Of a stretch of 64,000 nucleotides of DNA, positions 1-10,127 are shown piece by piece (position 1 is the stretch's first letter; each line of letters opens with the position of its first letter). The notes under the pieces are model-generated. The model worked only from the letters and a program-made list of their open reading frames with translations. It was not told the origin of the DNA and searched no databases. This stretch comes from Pseudomonadota bacterium (GTDB lineage Bacteria > Pseudomonadota > Alphaproteobacteria > UBA8366): assembly GCA_036339585.1 (NCBI GenBank), contig JAYZAS010000004.1, positions 254,773 to 318,772 of the forward strand. Direction: 5' to 3'. Made by a program: the position numbers and the translations under genes.

Positions 1-2741
1 ACCCTCAAACTATCCTGCCCCTTTAATCCTTCAAATCCATCTTTATTAGCGATAAGCGCCTCTAATGACAGTTGGGGAGACAGTCCATTTTGGACCTGTT
101 TTTTTGTCGGAGTACTGCCAGTCTTATAATCAATGATCTCAAGCCTCCCATCAGCAAGCTGATCTATTCGATCCGCACGTGCTGTTAATTCAAAAGGGCC
201 ATTTCTCGTTTCCAATGTTATTGAGCCTTGTATTTCGGTAAATGATTTTATTACCGAATTTACACGCGCCCTCTCATGTTCGACAAACCACCCCGCGATG
301 CGGCAAAAGCGCGGCCACCAAAATGCGTACACTGAAGGTCTCATTGGATGTTCACTAAAAACTTCCTCGCCGATTTTTAATAATACCTGTAAATCATCGG
401 GAGGGGCTCCATCCGAGAAGTGGCTTATATAACGGTCAAGAATGGCATGGATTATCATTCCGTTTTGAGAGGCTCCCGGGTCAGCTTCAAGTGGTTCCAA
501 CTTCTTCAAATCGATAATATGACGCGCATAGATTCCATAAGGATCACGCATTAAAGTGTCTATCTGTGTAACCGACAATTTTTTGGGCCTGGCAGAAGTA
601 GGTGGTCTAGGTGCTGGGGGACCTTCAGGCTTTATAAATCGTGGCCTATCGAGCATTGCTTGCCATTGTGTCCAATAGTCCGGCGCCATCAGGCCCCTGT
701 CGTTACCCGCGGCACAGAGTACGGAATTTAACCTGCTTAGCCAACGGGTAGGCACCGTCGGAGTACCATCAACTTTTCTAGATCGGGTTAAAAATACCTC
801 AGGGGCCGCTAACAGTTGGGTGAAATCGTGTGCTGAGAGTCCTATGCGTTGTTCAGCGGCTGGCAACCCAAATGAGCGGCGCATAGGACGACTGAGCCAC
901 GGATCCGGCTTTACTTCAAGCGGCCAATTTCCCTCATTCAGACCAGCAATAACAATGCAATCTGCTTTTTGCAACCGAGCCTCCAATGGTCCCCAAACAT
1001 TTAATCTCGGATGCATCCCATAACGCGGTCTCACAATCGTGCGACTCATTAGAATATTTAAGACTGCGGGATAGTGATTGAGCGAGAGGTCGGAAAATAC
1101 ACTTGCAGACACCCGTAAGTCGGAGAAGAAGCTCGCTAATGATTCGCCGTTTTGTCCAGCCCAAAGTCGTTCGGCGCCAGCCTCATCTGTAGTCTGGGCT
1201 AACGCCTCTGCGACTTTAATGTGAGACTCCACCAGCGTACTAAATGGTATTCTTCCATCTCCAAGAGCACTCATAGGACGACACCGAATATCCAACTCAT
1301 CCAAAATATGCGCCAACAAGCTTTTATTTGAATCATCTAAGGACTTGCTCTCAGTAGCATCTAGCAATGATCGAATACCTTTAATCCCCGGTGCGGGCCG
1401 ACTTCCTCTCAAAATAATACGGTCCATCAGACGCATTCCTGACCGGAAGCCGACCACCGTAAAACCACCAGCAGCCAGTGGATGTTTTCCAAGACTAAGT
1501 AGTGCTACTGGCCCAAATTTGTCTGCTACCATTTCAGCTACCAGGCGCATGTATATTGCTGGAAAAGTATCGGCTAAGGGAACACCAGCAGAATCATCAA
1601 TATTAATTTTCCAACGTTTGAGTTCCATGGCTACGCGACGCGCCAGACGGCGATCGCCAGTCACTAGTGCAGCTGTTCTACCTTCTACCTCGAGTTGTTT
1701 TCGCAATATAAGAGCAATAACACCCGCCTCCTCGGCCTCGTTGGAGCATTCGATGAGATTCAATCCCTCTGTTTGGAGGGGACCAGATTTTTCTAAACCC
1801 TGCCAAACCGCGGTCATTGGTGCGGGACGCATTGCTTCTAAAATCAAACGAGACCTCTGCTCGCAAGTATTGTGTTGACCCCAAACTTCTACATCCTCTC
1901 TCTTTACGTCGAGGCGTTTTAGTAACCTCGCCATCCCAAACTGCGGATGTGTGGGATCTTTTGAAATAGCCGCCCAATTTTCTTCATCGCTTAAAAGGTC
2001 TAATCCAGGCAGAATAACACGGCCCTGAGGCATCCTTGCAACCAACGCTAACAAATCAGCAGTTGCAGGTATGCTGCCGGTAGAACCGGCAGCTATAACA
2101 GGCCCAGCCGGCGGGTTGCCAGTCCATTGTTTAACTCTTGCATCGAGTAACCTGTTGCGCCGTTCAGCCGGTTCTAGGAAACCCAAGCGTTCAACCTCTG
2201 ATGGCCAATTTTCTGTAAAATCGCGCAGGAAACTCAAAGTCTCCTGCCAATGCATAGCAAGATCATCTGGCACAAGGGAATCTAAACCAGCGAAGTCAAG
2301 CCGTTCCGTTTGAACCATATCAAGAAAACGCGCTAACTCTATGGCCAGCAAAAGTGCTTGGTCTGGCGGGGACACATGCGTAGACACCTCGGGCAAGCAT
2401 TTTCTATAACTTTGTATGCGCTTTGCCAGGGACAAGATACGATAGCTATCAGGCATAGCGGGGGCAAGTTCCGCAATATCAATCCCTGCAATACTATCAA
2501 AAGCCAGTTCTTCTTCATCAGTATCACCGATTGGCTGCATAACAGGTAGGGCTGTTGGTGCCCCTTCACAAATTTGTAAGAATGAATCCTGCAAGGCTCT
2601 GCACGCACGACGAGTGGGCAATAAGACAATTGTCTCCGCAAAGCGACTCGGGTCTCCTTCCCTTTCGATTATCATCCGGGAAGCCAAACTGTCTAAAAAA
2701 GAGCGCTCAGCCGGGATTGTAAAGATCGAAGTTTTATACAT
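1..2741 (-). CDS. addB: Double-strand break repair protein AddB (alphaproteobacterial type). N-terminal 913 codons; the C-terminus lies beyond the left window edge.
   Basis: Absent from the supplied ORF track because there is no stop inside the window. I read the minus frame triplet by triplet from ATG at 2741-2739 down to position 3 and found no stop. The translation starts MYKTSIFTIPAERSFLDSLASRMI...IVLLPTRRACRALQDSF. It contains RPRYGMHPRLNVWGPLEARLQKADCIVIAGLNEGNWP...WLSRPMRRSFGLPAAEQRIGLSAHDF, which are typical AddB strings. The tsaE / kinase / nucleotidyltransferase / addB synteny is conserved. Confidence 0.85.
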   Translation of the reverse strand, partial: MYKTSIFTIPAERSFLDSLASRMIIEREGDPSRFAETIVLLPTRRACRALQDSFLQICEGAPTALPVMQPIGDTDEEELAFDSIAGIDIAELAPAMPDSYRILSLAKRIQSYRKCLPEVSTHVSPPDQALLLAIELARFLDMVQTERLDFAGLDSLVPDDLAMHWQETLSFLRDFTENWPSEVERLGFLEPAERRNRLLDARVKQWTGNPPAGPVIAAGSTGSIPATADLLALVARMPQGRVILPGLDLLSDEENWAAISKDPTHPQFGMARLLKRLDVKREDVEVWGQHNTCEQRSRLILEAMRPAPMTAVWQGLEKSGPLQTEGLNLIECSNEAEEAGVIALILRKQLEVEGRTAALVTGDRRLARRVAMELKRWKINIDDSAGVPLADTFPAIYMRLVAEMVADKFGPVALLSLGKHPLAAGGFTVVGFRSGMRLMDRIILRGSRPAPGIKGIRSLLDATESKSLDDSNKSLLAHILDELDIRCRPMSALGDGRIPFSTLVESHIKVAEALAQTTDEAGAERLWAGQNGESLASFFSDLRVSASVFSDLSLNHYPAVLNILMSRTIVRPRYGMHPRLNVWGPLEARLQKADCIVIAGLNEGNWPLEVKPDPWLSRPMRRSFGLPAAEQRIGLSAHDFTQLLAAPEVFLTRSRKVDGTPTVPTRWLSRLNSVLCAAGNDRGLMAPDYWTQWQAMLDRPRFIKPEGPPAPRPPTSARPKKLSVTQIDTLMRDPYGIYARHIIDLKKLEPLEADPGASQNGMIIHAILDRYISHFSDGAPPDDLQVLLKIGEEVFSEHPMRPSVYAFWWPRFCRIAGWFVEHERARVNSVIKSFTEIQGSITLETRNGPFELTARADRIDQLADGRLEIIDYKTGSTPTKKQVQNGLSPQLSLEALIANKDGFEGLKGQDSLR

Positions 2742-2771
2742 GAACATTTATTAACCTAGGATCAAAGAAAT

Positions 2772-3497
2772 TCACCGCTTATTCACCGTAATATTTCTCT
2801 GTGATATATTAATCTCTGCTAACCTCAGTTCCTCGGGTGTCCCTACATGATACCAATCACCATCATGCACTTGTGCATATAGGCGGCCCTCTGATTCGGC
2901 CTTATCGTAAAGTGTGTTAAGTGAGAATGCTCCTTCAGGGGTGTTTTGAAAAAGACGCGGGTGCAAAACCTGAACACCTGCAAAAATATAGGGCGATACT
3001 TCTAATTCAGCGCGCCTCTGAGCAATACCGGTACCGTCTACATGATAATCACCGTGCCCCATGTAGGAGGTTAGGCGAACCACTGGGTACAACAAAAGCA
3101 GTGCGTCCATTCGATTCTCATCCCATGCCAACGCCAAACGCTTTAGCGCAGGATAAGGACCGTCGACCCAGAGCGCATCGCTATTGATGACGAAGAAAGG
3201 GCTCTGCCCAAAGCAACTTAACGCATTCTTAACTCCACCACCTGTTTCTAGGCGTTCCTTTTCATAAATGGTTGTAACGCGCTTGAACTTCGATACGTGA
3301 TTACAGATTTGATTTGGTAAATAGTGAGTATTAACGATAATTTGCCTAATCCCGTATTCAACGCAGTGATCTAACCCATAATCTATTAGGGGTTTCCCTA
3401 ATACTTTTATCAAAGGCTTGGGACATTCCGCCGATAGTGGACCCATCCTAGTTCCTAGGCCTGCGGCCAGTAGCATTGCTTTTTTAATAAAGGTCAC
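2772..3497 (-). CDS. Nucleotidyltransferase family protein (MurU-like sugar-1-phosphate nucleotidylyltransferase)
   Basis: 241-aa ORF. The N-terminal motif MLLAAGLGTRMGPLSAECPKPLIKVLGKPLIDY is a G-x-G-T-R nucleotidyltransferase signature. It overlaps the upstream kinase gene by 4 nt. Confidence 0.8.
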   Translation of the reverse strand: MTFIKKAMLLAAGLGTRMGPLSAECPKPLIKVLGKPLIDYGLDHCVEYGIRQIIVNTHYLPNQICNHVSKFKRVTTIYEKERLETGGGVKNALSCFGQSPFFVINSDALWVDGPYPALKRLALAWDENRMDALLLLYPVVRLTSYMGHGDYHVDGTGIAQRRAELEVSPYIFAGVQVLHPRLFQNTPEGAFSLNTLYDKAESEGRLYAQVHDGDWYHVGTPEELRLAEINISQRNITVNKR

Positions 3498-4528
3498 TCT
3501 CGTGTCACCGACGCCGGAGTAATACGATATTTTTTCGGAAAGTAGTCATCAAACCAGGTTCTAACAGGCGTCAATGCAGGATGTCTAAGGTCGCTTTCAA
3601 GCCAACGCCATACCCGAGCAATATGCTTCAGATACTGGGGTTTTCCGTCTCTTCTATCTAAGCGAGTAAAGATACCGAGGATTTTTGTACACCTCTGCGC
3701 ACCAAGTATAGCATACGAACTCGCAAACTTATCCGGATTTAATGTGGGGAAGGCCGACAAATATTGGGACAACATTTGCCTGCTGATATTGGCGGGCACG
3801 TCTCTGCGAGCATCCTCCAATAACGATACCAAATCATAGCTCACAGGCCCTGTAACAGCATCCTGGAAATCCAGCAAACCGCAAGCTGCGATACCAGTTT
3901 TATTTTTAAGATACATGAGGTTATCAACATGGAAGTCGCGTAATACTATGCTCGATGGCACTTCTCGTGCCCTTTTTAGAGAGGTTCGCCACGCATCAAA
4001 AAAGGCTGCTTTCTCAAGATCAGGGGTATCTATTCCCAAGACTGCAGGCATATACCAATCCACACACAGCTGGGTTTCCTGCACCAATAGATCATTGTCA
4101 TAGGCTGGCACAGTCCCATCATTTTGGTAAGTTCTATGCAAATGGATAAGAACATTGGTTGCTAGCTTGTAAAGTTCAACCTCATCAGACCCAGCCAACA
4201 GCCTTTCAGTGTAGGTTGCGTCACCAAAATCTTCTATCAATAAAAAGCCTGCAGTTGTATCTGCCTCAAAAATGTTTGGTGCGCTCAAACCGAGGCCACG
4301 AAGTAAATTAGCAATAGTTATGAACGCACTTACATCTTCAAGAGGAGGCGGGGCATCCATAAATACAGCACACTCATTTTTTTTTCGAATGCGTTCGTAT
4401 CGACGATTAGAAGCATCGCCTGCTAGGTGTGTACGTTCCCCATTTTGCCATTTCACTCGACACAGAAATTTGTTTGCTAAAGTTTTACGATTATGCATCG
4501 GTTTCCTCGATGAATACTTTGATAGCAT
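3494..4528 (-). CDS. Aminoglycoside phosphotransferase-fold kinase (AmgK-like anomeric sugar kinase)
   Basis: 344-aa ORF with LAGDASNRRYERI and LRDFHVDNLM (APH-type catalytic loop). The true start may be the ATG at 4498, which overlaps the tsaE stop as ATGCATAA. Conserved partner of the MurU-like gene. Confidence 0.75.
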   Translation of the reverse strand: MLSKYSSRKPMHNRKTLANKFLCRVKWQNGERTHLAGDASNRRYERIRKKNECAVFMDAPPPLEDVSAFITIANLLRGLGLSAPNIFEADTTAGFLLIEDFGDATYTERLLAGSDEVELYKLATNVLIHLHRTYQNDGTVPAYDNDLLVQETQLCVDWYMPAVLGIDTPDLEKAAFFDAWRTSLKRAREVPSSIVLRDFHVDNLMYLKNKTGIAACGLLDFQDAVTGPVSYDLVSLLEDARRDVPANISRQMLSQYLSAFPTLNPDKFASSYAILGAQRCTKILGIFTRLDRRDGKPQYLKHIARVWRWLESDLRHPALTPVRTWFDDYFPKKYRITPASVTRE

Positions 4529-5021
4529 TACTCAATCTTTCTTGCCATGCCAGACCTGGGTCAAAACAAATAAGTCGATGATTTGAAAGCCCTTCCTTAC
4601 CTGCCTCGAAGGAAATATTGAGTCGAGAGGCTCCACCTAAAGGACCAATACTCTCTGGCCATTCGATTAATGTTATGCCCCCCGCCACAGCAGCATCAAA
4701 GCCGAGTTCCTCCACTTCCGAATACGATTGAATCCGGTACAAATCGTAGTGGAATATTGGAATAGCTCCCGTTTCATAGACCTGCATCAATGTATAGGTA
4801 GGGCTAGGCACGATCTCATCGTGATGGGTCAAAAACCGAATGAAGCCGCGCGCAAATACAGTCTTTCCGATACCAATCGGCCCCGTTAGGCCTATTACAT
4901 CGCCAACTGTCGCCACCCTCGCAATGGATTCCGCGAGTCTTAGGCTCGAAGATACATCATCCAATCTAATTGCATCGCATACTCCATTGGTTTTAAGCGG
5001 TTGATGTTGAGCAGGTGACAT
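4491..5021 (-). CDS. tsaE: tRNA threonylcarbamoyladenosine biosynthesis ATPase TsaE
   Basis: 176-aa ORF with P-loop GLTGPIGIGKTVFARGF followed by SPTYTLMQVYE...HYDLYRI, the TsaE signature. Confidence 0.85.
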   Translation of the reverse strand: MSPAQHQPLKTNGVCDAIRLDDVSSSLRLAESIARVATVGDVIGLTGPIGIGKTVFARGFIRFLTHHDEIVPSPTYTLMQVYETGAIPIFHYDLYRIQSYSEVEELGFDAAVAGGITLIEWPESIGPLGGASRLNISFEAGKEGLSNHRLICFDPGLAWQERLSNAIKVFIEETDA

Positions 5022-5311
5022 TATATCCTTTGTACATGTGATAATCAGTTATTGTGATTACAGGCGAGTTTAGAGTTTTGCCGGGCTCTTAAATTATTGT
5101 AGCGAACATAGGGCCGTTTACTCAAGCGGCCACAGAGTGACAGATTACAGCCGCTTTTGACCTATTACTGCCTTTCCGCTGATCCTAGCGCACGAAAACC
5201 GAATGCGTGTCGCACCTGAAAACTTATACGAACGGGCACAAATTCAAGAGTGATTCTTGGAAAAAAGGTGCAAGGAGTTTCACGAATGCGCCAAAGATTT
5301 TTGCTAATTTT

Positions 5312-6607
5312 CTAATATCTATAATAATCTGGTTTAAACGGACCGCTCTGCCCAACGCCAATATATTCAGCTTGTTTTTCTGAAAGAGAACTCAATTGGG
5401 CTCCCAGTTTTGACAAATGAAGCTGAGCAACTTTCTCATCTAACGATTTTGGTAACACATAAACTTTATTTTCATATTTTTTGTGATTTTGCCAAAGCTC
5501 AATTTGGGCTAAGACCTGATTTGAAAATGACGCTGACATGACAAAGCTTGGATGCCCTGTCGCGCAACCCAAGTTCACTAGACGACCCTCCGCAAGGACA
5601 ATCAAGCGTTTTCCATCGGCGAACTCAACTTCGTCAACTTGAGGTTTGATATTGTGCCACTTTAGGTTCTTCAAATCGTTAATAGCGATTTCAGAGTCGA
5701 AGTGACCAATGTTACAAACAATCGCACGATCTTTCATGTCTCTCATATGGTCCAACGTAATAACGTCTATATTTCCGGTTGTAGTTACAAAAATGTCACC
5801 AACTGGGGCAGCAGCCTCCATTGTTGTAACTTCGTATCCTTCCATAGCCGCTTGCAGTGCGCAAATAGGATCCACTTCGGTGACCAATACACGCGCTCCT
5901 TGACCTCTCAAACTTATTGCAGAGCCTTTTCCAACGTCACCATAACCAGCTACGACAGCGGTTTTACCAGCAAGCATAACATCAGTTGCGCGCTTAATAC
6001 CGTCGATAAGACTCTCGCGGCAGCCGTATAAATTGTCGAATTTTGATTTTGTTACAGAATCGTTGACGTTAAATGCTGGCACCGCGAGGCTGCCATTTTT
6101 CTCCATCTCATTCAAACGATGAACTCCGGTAGTTGTTTCCTCTGACAATCCACGAACGTCTTCTAAGAGTTCGGGGAACTTTTCATGCATAACTATTGTA
6201 AGGTCGCCTCCGTCGTCCAAAATCATGTTCGGCGTCCATCCACCAGGCCCCTTGATAGTTTGATCCATACACCACCAATACTCTTCTTCTGTCTCACCTT
6301 TCCAAGCAAAAACGGGGATCCCCTTTACAGCCATGGCAGCGGCCGCCTGATCTTGTGTGGAGAAAATGTTACAAGAAGCCCAACGCACTTCTGCTCCAAG
6401 TTCTACAAGGGTCTCAATTAAGACAGCTGTTTGTATGGTCATATGCAATGAACCAGCAATTCGAGCACCAGCAAGAGGTTTTTTTCCAGCATATTCCTCG
6501 CGGATAGCAATTAAACCGGGCATCTCAGTCTCAGCAATAGCAATCTCTTTGCGACCCCAGTCGGCGAGCTCAATATTTGCGACTTTAAAATCATTAGACG
6601 CTGCCAT
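5312..6607 (-). CDS. ahcY: Adenosylhomocysteinase
   Basis: 431-aa [35 protein letters not shown] and the NAD-binding [11 protein letters not shown] are unmistakable AhcY motifs. An AGAGAGG RBS lies upstream of the ATG. Confidence 0.97.
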   Translation of the reverse strand: MAASNDFKVANIELADWGRKEIAIAETEMPGLIAIREEYAGKKPLAGARIAGSLHMTIQTAVLIETLVELGAEVRWASCNIFSTQDQAAAAMAVKGIPVFAWKGETEEEYWWCMDQTIKGPGGWTPNMILDDGGDLTIVMHEKFPELLEDVRGLSEETTTGVHRLNEMEKNGSLAVPAFNVNDSVTKSKFDNLYGCRESLIDGIKRATDVMLAGKTAVVAGYGDVGKGSAISLRGQGARVLVTEVDPICALQAAMEGYEVTTMEAAAPVGDIFVTTTGNIDVITLDHMRDMKDRAIVCNIGHFDSEIAINDLKNLKWHNIKPQVDEVEFADGKRLIVLAEGRLVNLGCATGHPSFVMSASFSNQVLAQIELWQNHKKYENKVYVLPKSLDEKVAQLHLSKLGAQLSSLSEKQAEYIGVGQSGPFKPDYYRY

Positions 6608-6670
6608 AAAAACCTCTCTTTTATTAGAAAATCTAAAATGAACTTTACGTATAATTCCATCCCTTCGCCA

Positions 6671-6700
6671 TTTATACTAGCAAAAACGCTTGGATATCAA
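6671..6700 (-). promoter_or_regulatory. Possible sigma70-type promoter of ahcY
   Basis: The minus strand reads TTGATA (6700-6695), an 18-nt spacer, then TATAAA (6676-6671), about 65 nt upstream of the ahcY ATG. It is preceded by an AT-rich 7-bp hairpin (ATAACGA/TCGTTAT, about 6704-6735) followed by a T-run. Pattern match only. Confidence 0.3.
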
Positions 6701-7091
6701 CAAAAATATAACGATATGTTTATGTCGTTATGTTTGAATGCGCCTAGCTATATGGTGATAATTGAAGCTCACTGAGCGGGCTTGTGTTTCAAGCCAAATA
6801 CTACGCAAACTGTGAATGTAAGGGAAAAGTCCGTATGTAACGCCAAAAAAGTCGCCAAAAAATTAAAATGGACAAGTATATAAATTTGAAATATCGAATA
6901 CAGCTTGGGGCAATGTTACATCTACAAGATATTCCGGGTATTGATGAGCTTAATCAAGCCCACCAACGCAACATCAAATATATTGCAATTCGAAATCCCT
7001 ATTAGTTGCAGCGCAGAATTCATCGCCAACATGCCGGTGCGCGAATAAACCCCAACCCTTTATTACAGCCACCTTCCGCCCCGATTCCTGC

Positions 7092-7982
7092 CTAAAGCAT
7101 ATCGCTACCAGCATCTCGATGTATGTCGCGGTGTATGATACGGACCCGCCAATCTCTGTGCTCCAATCTTTTTGCAATATCAACTGCCACGAATACAGAT
7201 CTGTGGCGACCTCCAGTGCAGCCAAATGCAATAGTTAAGTAGCTCTTGCCCTCTTCTCTGTAACGGGGGAGACAAAGGGCCAGCATTTCTTCAACCGCGT
7301 TTAAGTACTCAGCTACCCCCGGATCTCGCATAATATAAGAACGAACTACCTCATCCTCTCCCGACAACGGGCGGAGCTTTTGATCGTAATGTGGATTCCT
7401 CAAAAATCGAACGTCAAGGACTAAGTCTGCTTCACGGGGCAAACCGTGCCGGAACGAAAATGACTTTATAAAAATTTCTGTCCCCGTGCCCTTGCCATAT
7501 GCGAAATGCTTGGCAAGGACTACCTTTAATTCAGACAAGGTTCGCTCAGTAGTGTCTAATACCAGGTCAGCACGATCACGAAGTCTTAGTAAAAGGCGAC
7601 GCTCGAGTCCAATGGCATCTGATAGCGGACGGTCAAATGCTAAAGGATGCCGCCTACGCGTTTCAGTGAAGCGCCGCCCGAGCACCACATCCTCACAGTC
7701 GACAAAAATTGATAGGACCTCTGCAAAGGGGTTGGCTTTCCAACGCTCAAGTTCGTCCATTACCGTCTCAACCGCAAACCCTCGAGTCCGGAGATCCACC
7801 CCTATTGCCAATGGCCTACCATTGCCAAGAAGATTTTTTGGCTCAGGCTGATCGATCAGTCTGCCCAGAAATGAGAGCGGTAGGTTATCAACTGCTTCAT
7901 AACCTAAATCTTCGAGGAATTTGAGTGACGCTGTGCGCCCAGCGCCAGACATGCCAGTGACTATTAAGACGCGCTCTTTCAA
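7092..7982 (-). CDS. rapZ: RNase adapter protein RapZ (YhbJ family P-loop protein)
   Basis: 296-aa ORF with a TTG start. The N-terminus (M)KERVLIVTGMSGAGRTASLKFLEDLGYEAVDNLP and the C-terminal GCTGGRHRSV are RapZ hallmarks. Confidence 0.9.
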   Translation of the reverse strand: MKERVLIVTGMSGAGRTASLKFLEDLGYEAVDNLPLSFLGRLIDQPEPKNLLGNGRPLAIGVDLRTRGFAVETVMDELERWKANPFAEVLSIFVDCEDVVLGRRFTETRRRHPLAFDRPLSDAIGLERRLLLRLRDRADLVLDTTERTLSELKVVLAKHFAYGKGTGTEIFIKSFSFRHGLPREADLVLDVRFLRNPHYDQKLRPLSGEDEVVRSYIMRDPGVAEYLNAVEEMLALCLPRYREEGKSYLTIAFGCTGGRHRSVFVAVDIAKRLEHRDWRVRIIHRDIHRDAGSDML

Positions 7983-8429
7983 ATGTTATAGCCTCACCAA
8001 ACGTTTATCCAACATAGTGCTCTCTATTGCACATACTGCCACTGAGTTAAGCCACCGGATATGCCTTAGATGCCTAGGGTGTGGTACCGAGTACAGACCG
8101 GTTAAACCGAGGCAAGTGGCAACATCCGCCACACACCTAATATTCAAAGCAAAACACTAGTTTACATACAAATGCGTAGAATCGAATGACGAAATTACAT
8201 ATATATCACTTAGAGCCAGCGGCTCAACTTTTCCGAATAACTGCATGTGTGAAAAAATTTATGCTCGCCATGTTTCATAATTGAATAACCTCACCCAGAT
8301 GTCAACGATATGACCCTACGATCCATCAGGCCCAAAGCTTAATCGCAGCATTCGCAGCTCAAGAAGCTGTGAGAAATTGCGTGGCCATCGCTAACCGGGG
8401 CACTTACATGACAGTGCGTTGGGTTTTAT

Positions 8430-10127
8430 TTAAGGTTTTTGCTCCGCCGGAAGAACTACTATGAATCTAGCGCCTCCACTTTCCCCATCATATTGGCCTC
8501 GATTCTCGGCTAAAATCTTACCTCGATGCGCCTCGATGATTTGTTTTGAAATAGAGAGCCCAAGTCCGGAATGAGCACCAAATTTCTCACCTTCAGGGCG
8601 CTCAGTATAGAACCGGTCAAAAATTGCTGATAGTCTTGATGTTGGTATACCGGGCCCTTGGTCTTCAATTATTACCTCAACGAAATCGCCATTCTTTCTT
8701 GCTGTAACTGTAATCTTACCCTTGGGTGGACTAAAGCTAGAAGCATTTCCCAATACATTTCGGAATACCTGCACCAAACGATCCTCCGAGCCTCTCACAA
8801 AAAGGGGTATACTCGGGTCTACCTCGACCTCAAACCGCGCAGAACTGGATACGGAGTTCTCTACATCTACCAAGGCCAAAATCATACGGCCAACATCTAT
8901 TGATTGCATCTCCTCACGACTAAGCTCCGAGTCAAGACGGGATGCATTGGAAATGTCTGTTATAAGACGATCAAGCCGTTGCACATCCTCCAGCACTATG
9001 CCCATCAGCTTTGTCTGTCGTTGATGATCTTTCAACTTCAGAGCTGTTTCAACGGCACTTCGAAGAGAAGTCAGGGGGTTTTTAATCTCATGGCTAACGT
9101 CAGCGGCAAACCGCTCCGTTGCATCCATACGCTCATGCAACGCATCAGTCATTTCACGTAACACGCGTGAAAGATCTCCAATCTCGTCTCCTCGTGATGA
9201 AAAGTCAGGTATTTGTTGTGACTCTCGACCATGCCCCAAGCGAACCATTTCGGCGGCGCCAGCGAGCTGCAAGACCGGGCGGGCTATAGTCCCCGCCAAA
9301 TAGATGGATAAAAGTATGGTAATAACAAGTGCCGCACCTGATACAACAATGACCTTCTGCCGAAAATCACGAATAGCAGCTTCTATCTCTGTTGCGTCCT
9401 GCGATAAAAGTATTGCTCCCACGACTCGCCGCACATTTTGAACGGGTACAGCCACCGACAACACCAAACCACTCTTCCCACCCATACGGGTGATACCCAC
9501 AACATTACCAGAAAATGCACTCACGACTTCAGCGTAATGGTTGGCGCGAGGCAACACGTCTTCACGATAACGAGATATTTTTTCGCCAGTTGGCAGCCAA
9601 TTAATACCCCAGTCAATAAGGCCAAATGCCCAATCCCATATCAGATGACTCTCTCCTCTTGGAGATAGTGGTTCTACCTGAATATCCGTTTGCTTGCTGT
9701 CGACTATCTGATCCCCATTGAGCACAAAGAGCCGTGTACGCAATTGAGGATCATCACTTAAACGCCGGATAGTATCCCTCGCCATTAGTGGGTTGATGAA
9801 TTGTCTTCCCGCATGCGTTTCTCCAACTGATGTTTCGCCGAGTGCAGCAGCCACTAATCTACCCTTATTACCCATGACCTCTAATTCTGCGTCAATGAGC
9901 CCATCTCTGTACGAATCAGAATAAAATAAAAACCCGATCGGAATTAACAGCGCAACAATATTTACAGCGAGTACTCTCAACGTAAGTGGCGAGATAATGC
10001 GCTGCCGGTGACAGTTTCCTCGCCACTTTTTCACCAACATGATGATGGAGCAAAAATAGCCATTTGGTCCGTTAGCCGAGCAACTCAATTTACCGGAACA
10101 ATTGTTTTCAGCCTTCTTAGTGGTCAC
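8430..10127 (-). CDS. chvG: Sensor histidine kinase, ChvG/ExoS-like
   Basis: 565-aa ORF. The H-box is [21 protein letters not shown], with the ATPase G-boxes DQGPGIP and [10 protein letters not shown]. The GTG start overlaps the chvI stop (GTGA). Positioned downstream of an OmpR-type regulator, as in chvI-chvG. Confidence 0.85.
   Translation of the reverse strand: MTTKKAENNCSGKLSCSANGPNGYFCSIIMLVKKWRGNCHRQRIISPLTLRVLAVNIVALLIPIGFLFYSDSYRDGLIDAELEVMGNKGRLVAAALGETSVGETHAGRQFINPLMARDTIRRLSDDPQLRTRLFVLNGDQIVDSKQTDIQVEPLSPRGESHLIWDWAFGLIDWGINWLPTGEKISRYREDVLPRANHYAEVVSAFSGNVVGITRMGGKSGLVLSVAVPVQNVRRVVGAILLSQDATEIEAAIRDFRQKVIVVSGAALVITILLSIYLAGTIARPVLQLAGAAEMVRLGHGRESQQIPDFSSRGDEIGDLSRVLREMTDALHERMDATERFAADVSHEIKNPLTSLRSAVETALKLKDHQRQTKLMGIVLEDVQRLDRLITDISNASRLDSELSREEMQSIDVGRMILALVDVENSVSSSARFEVEVDPSIPLFVRGSEDRLVQVFRNVLGNASSFSPPKGKITVTARKNGDFVEVIIEDQGPGIPTSRLSAIFDRFYTERPEGEKFGAHSGLGLSISKQIIEAHRGKILAENRGQYDGESGGARFIVVLPAEQKP

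Noticed and set aside
6608-6700. An SAH riboswitch upstream of ahcY.
   Set aside because: The ahcY leader is short and very A/T-rich and lacks the GC-rich pseudoknot-forming segments typical of SAH riboswitches. It contains only a promoter-like TTGATA-N18-TATAAA. An Rfam scan would settle the question.
6868-7005. A 45-codon plus-strand ORF (MDKYINLKYRIQLGAMLHLQDIPGIDELNQAHQRNIKYIAIRNPY) in the rapZ-ahcY gap.
   Set aside because: It has no Shine-Dalgarno sequence and no family I recognise. It lies antisense to the HPr-like trace and is most likely a chance ORF in A/T-rich DNA.
6974-7231. The track ORF of 85 aa overlapping the rapZ 3-prime end.
   Set aside because: Most of it overlaps rapZ in another frame. 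Only its last ~30 codons (VAVIKGWGLFAHR...) are interesting, as part of the putative NPr relic. It is not a gene in its own right.
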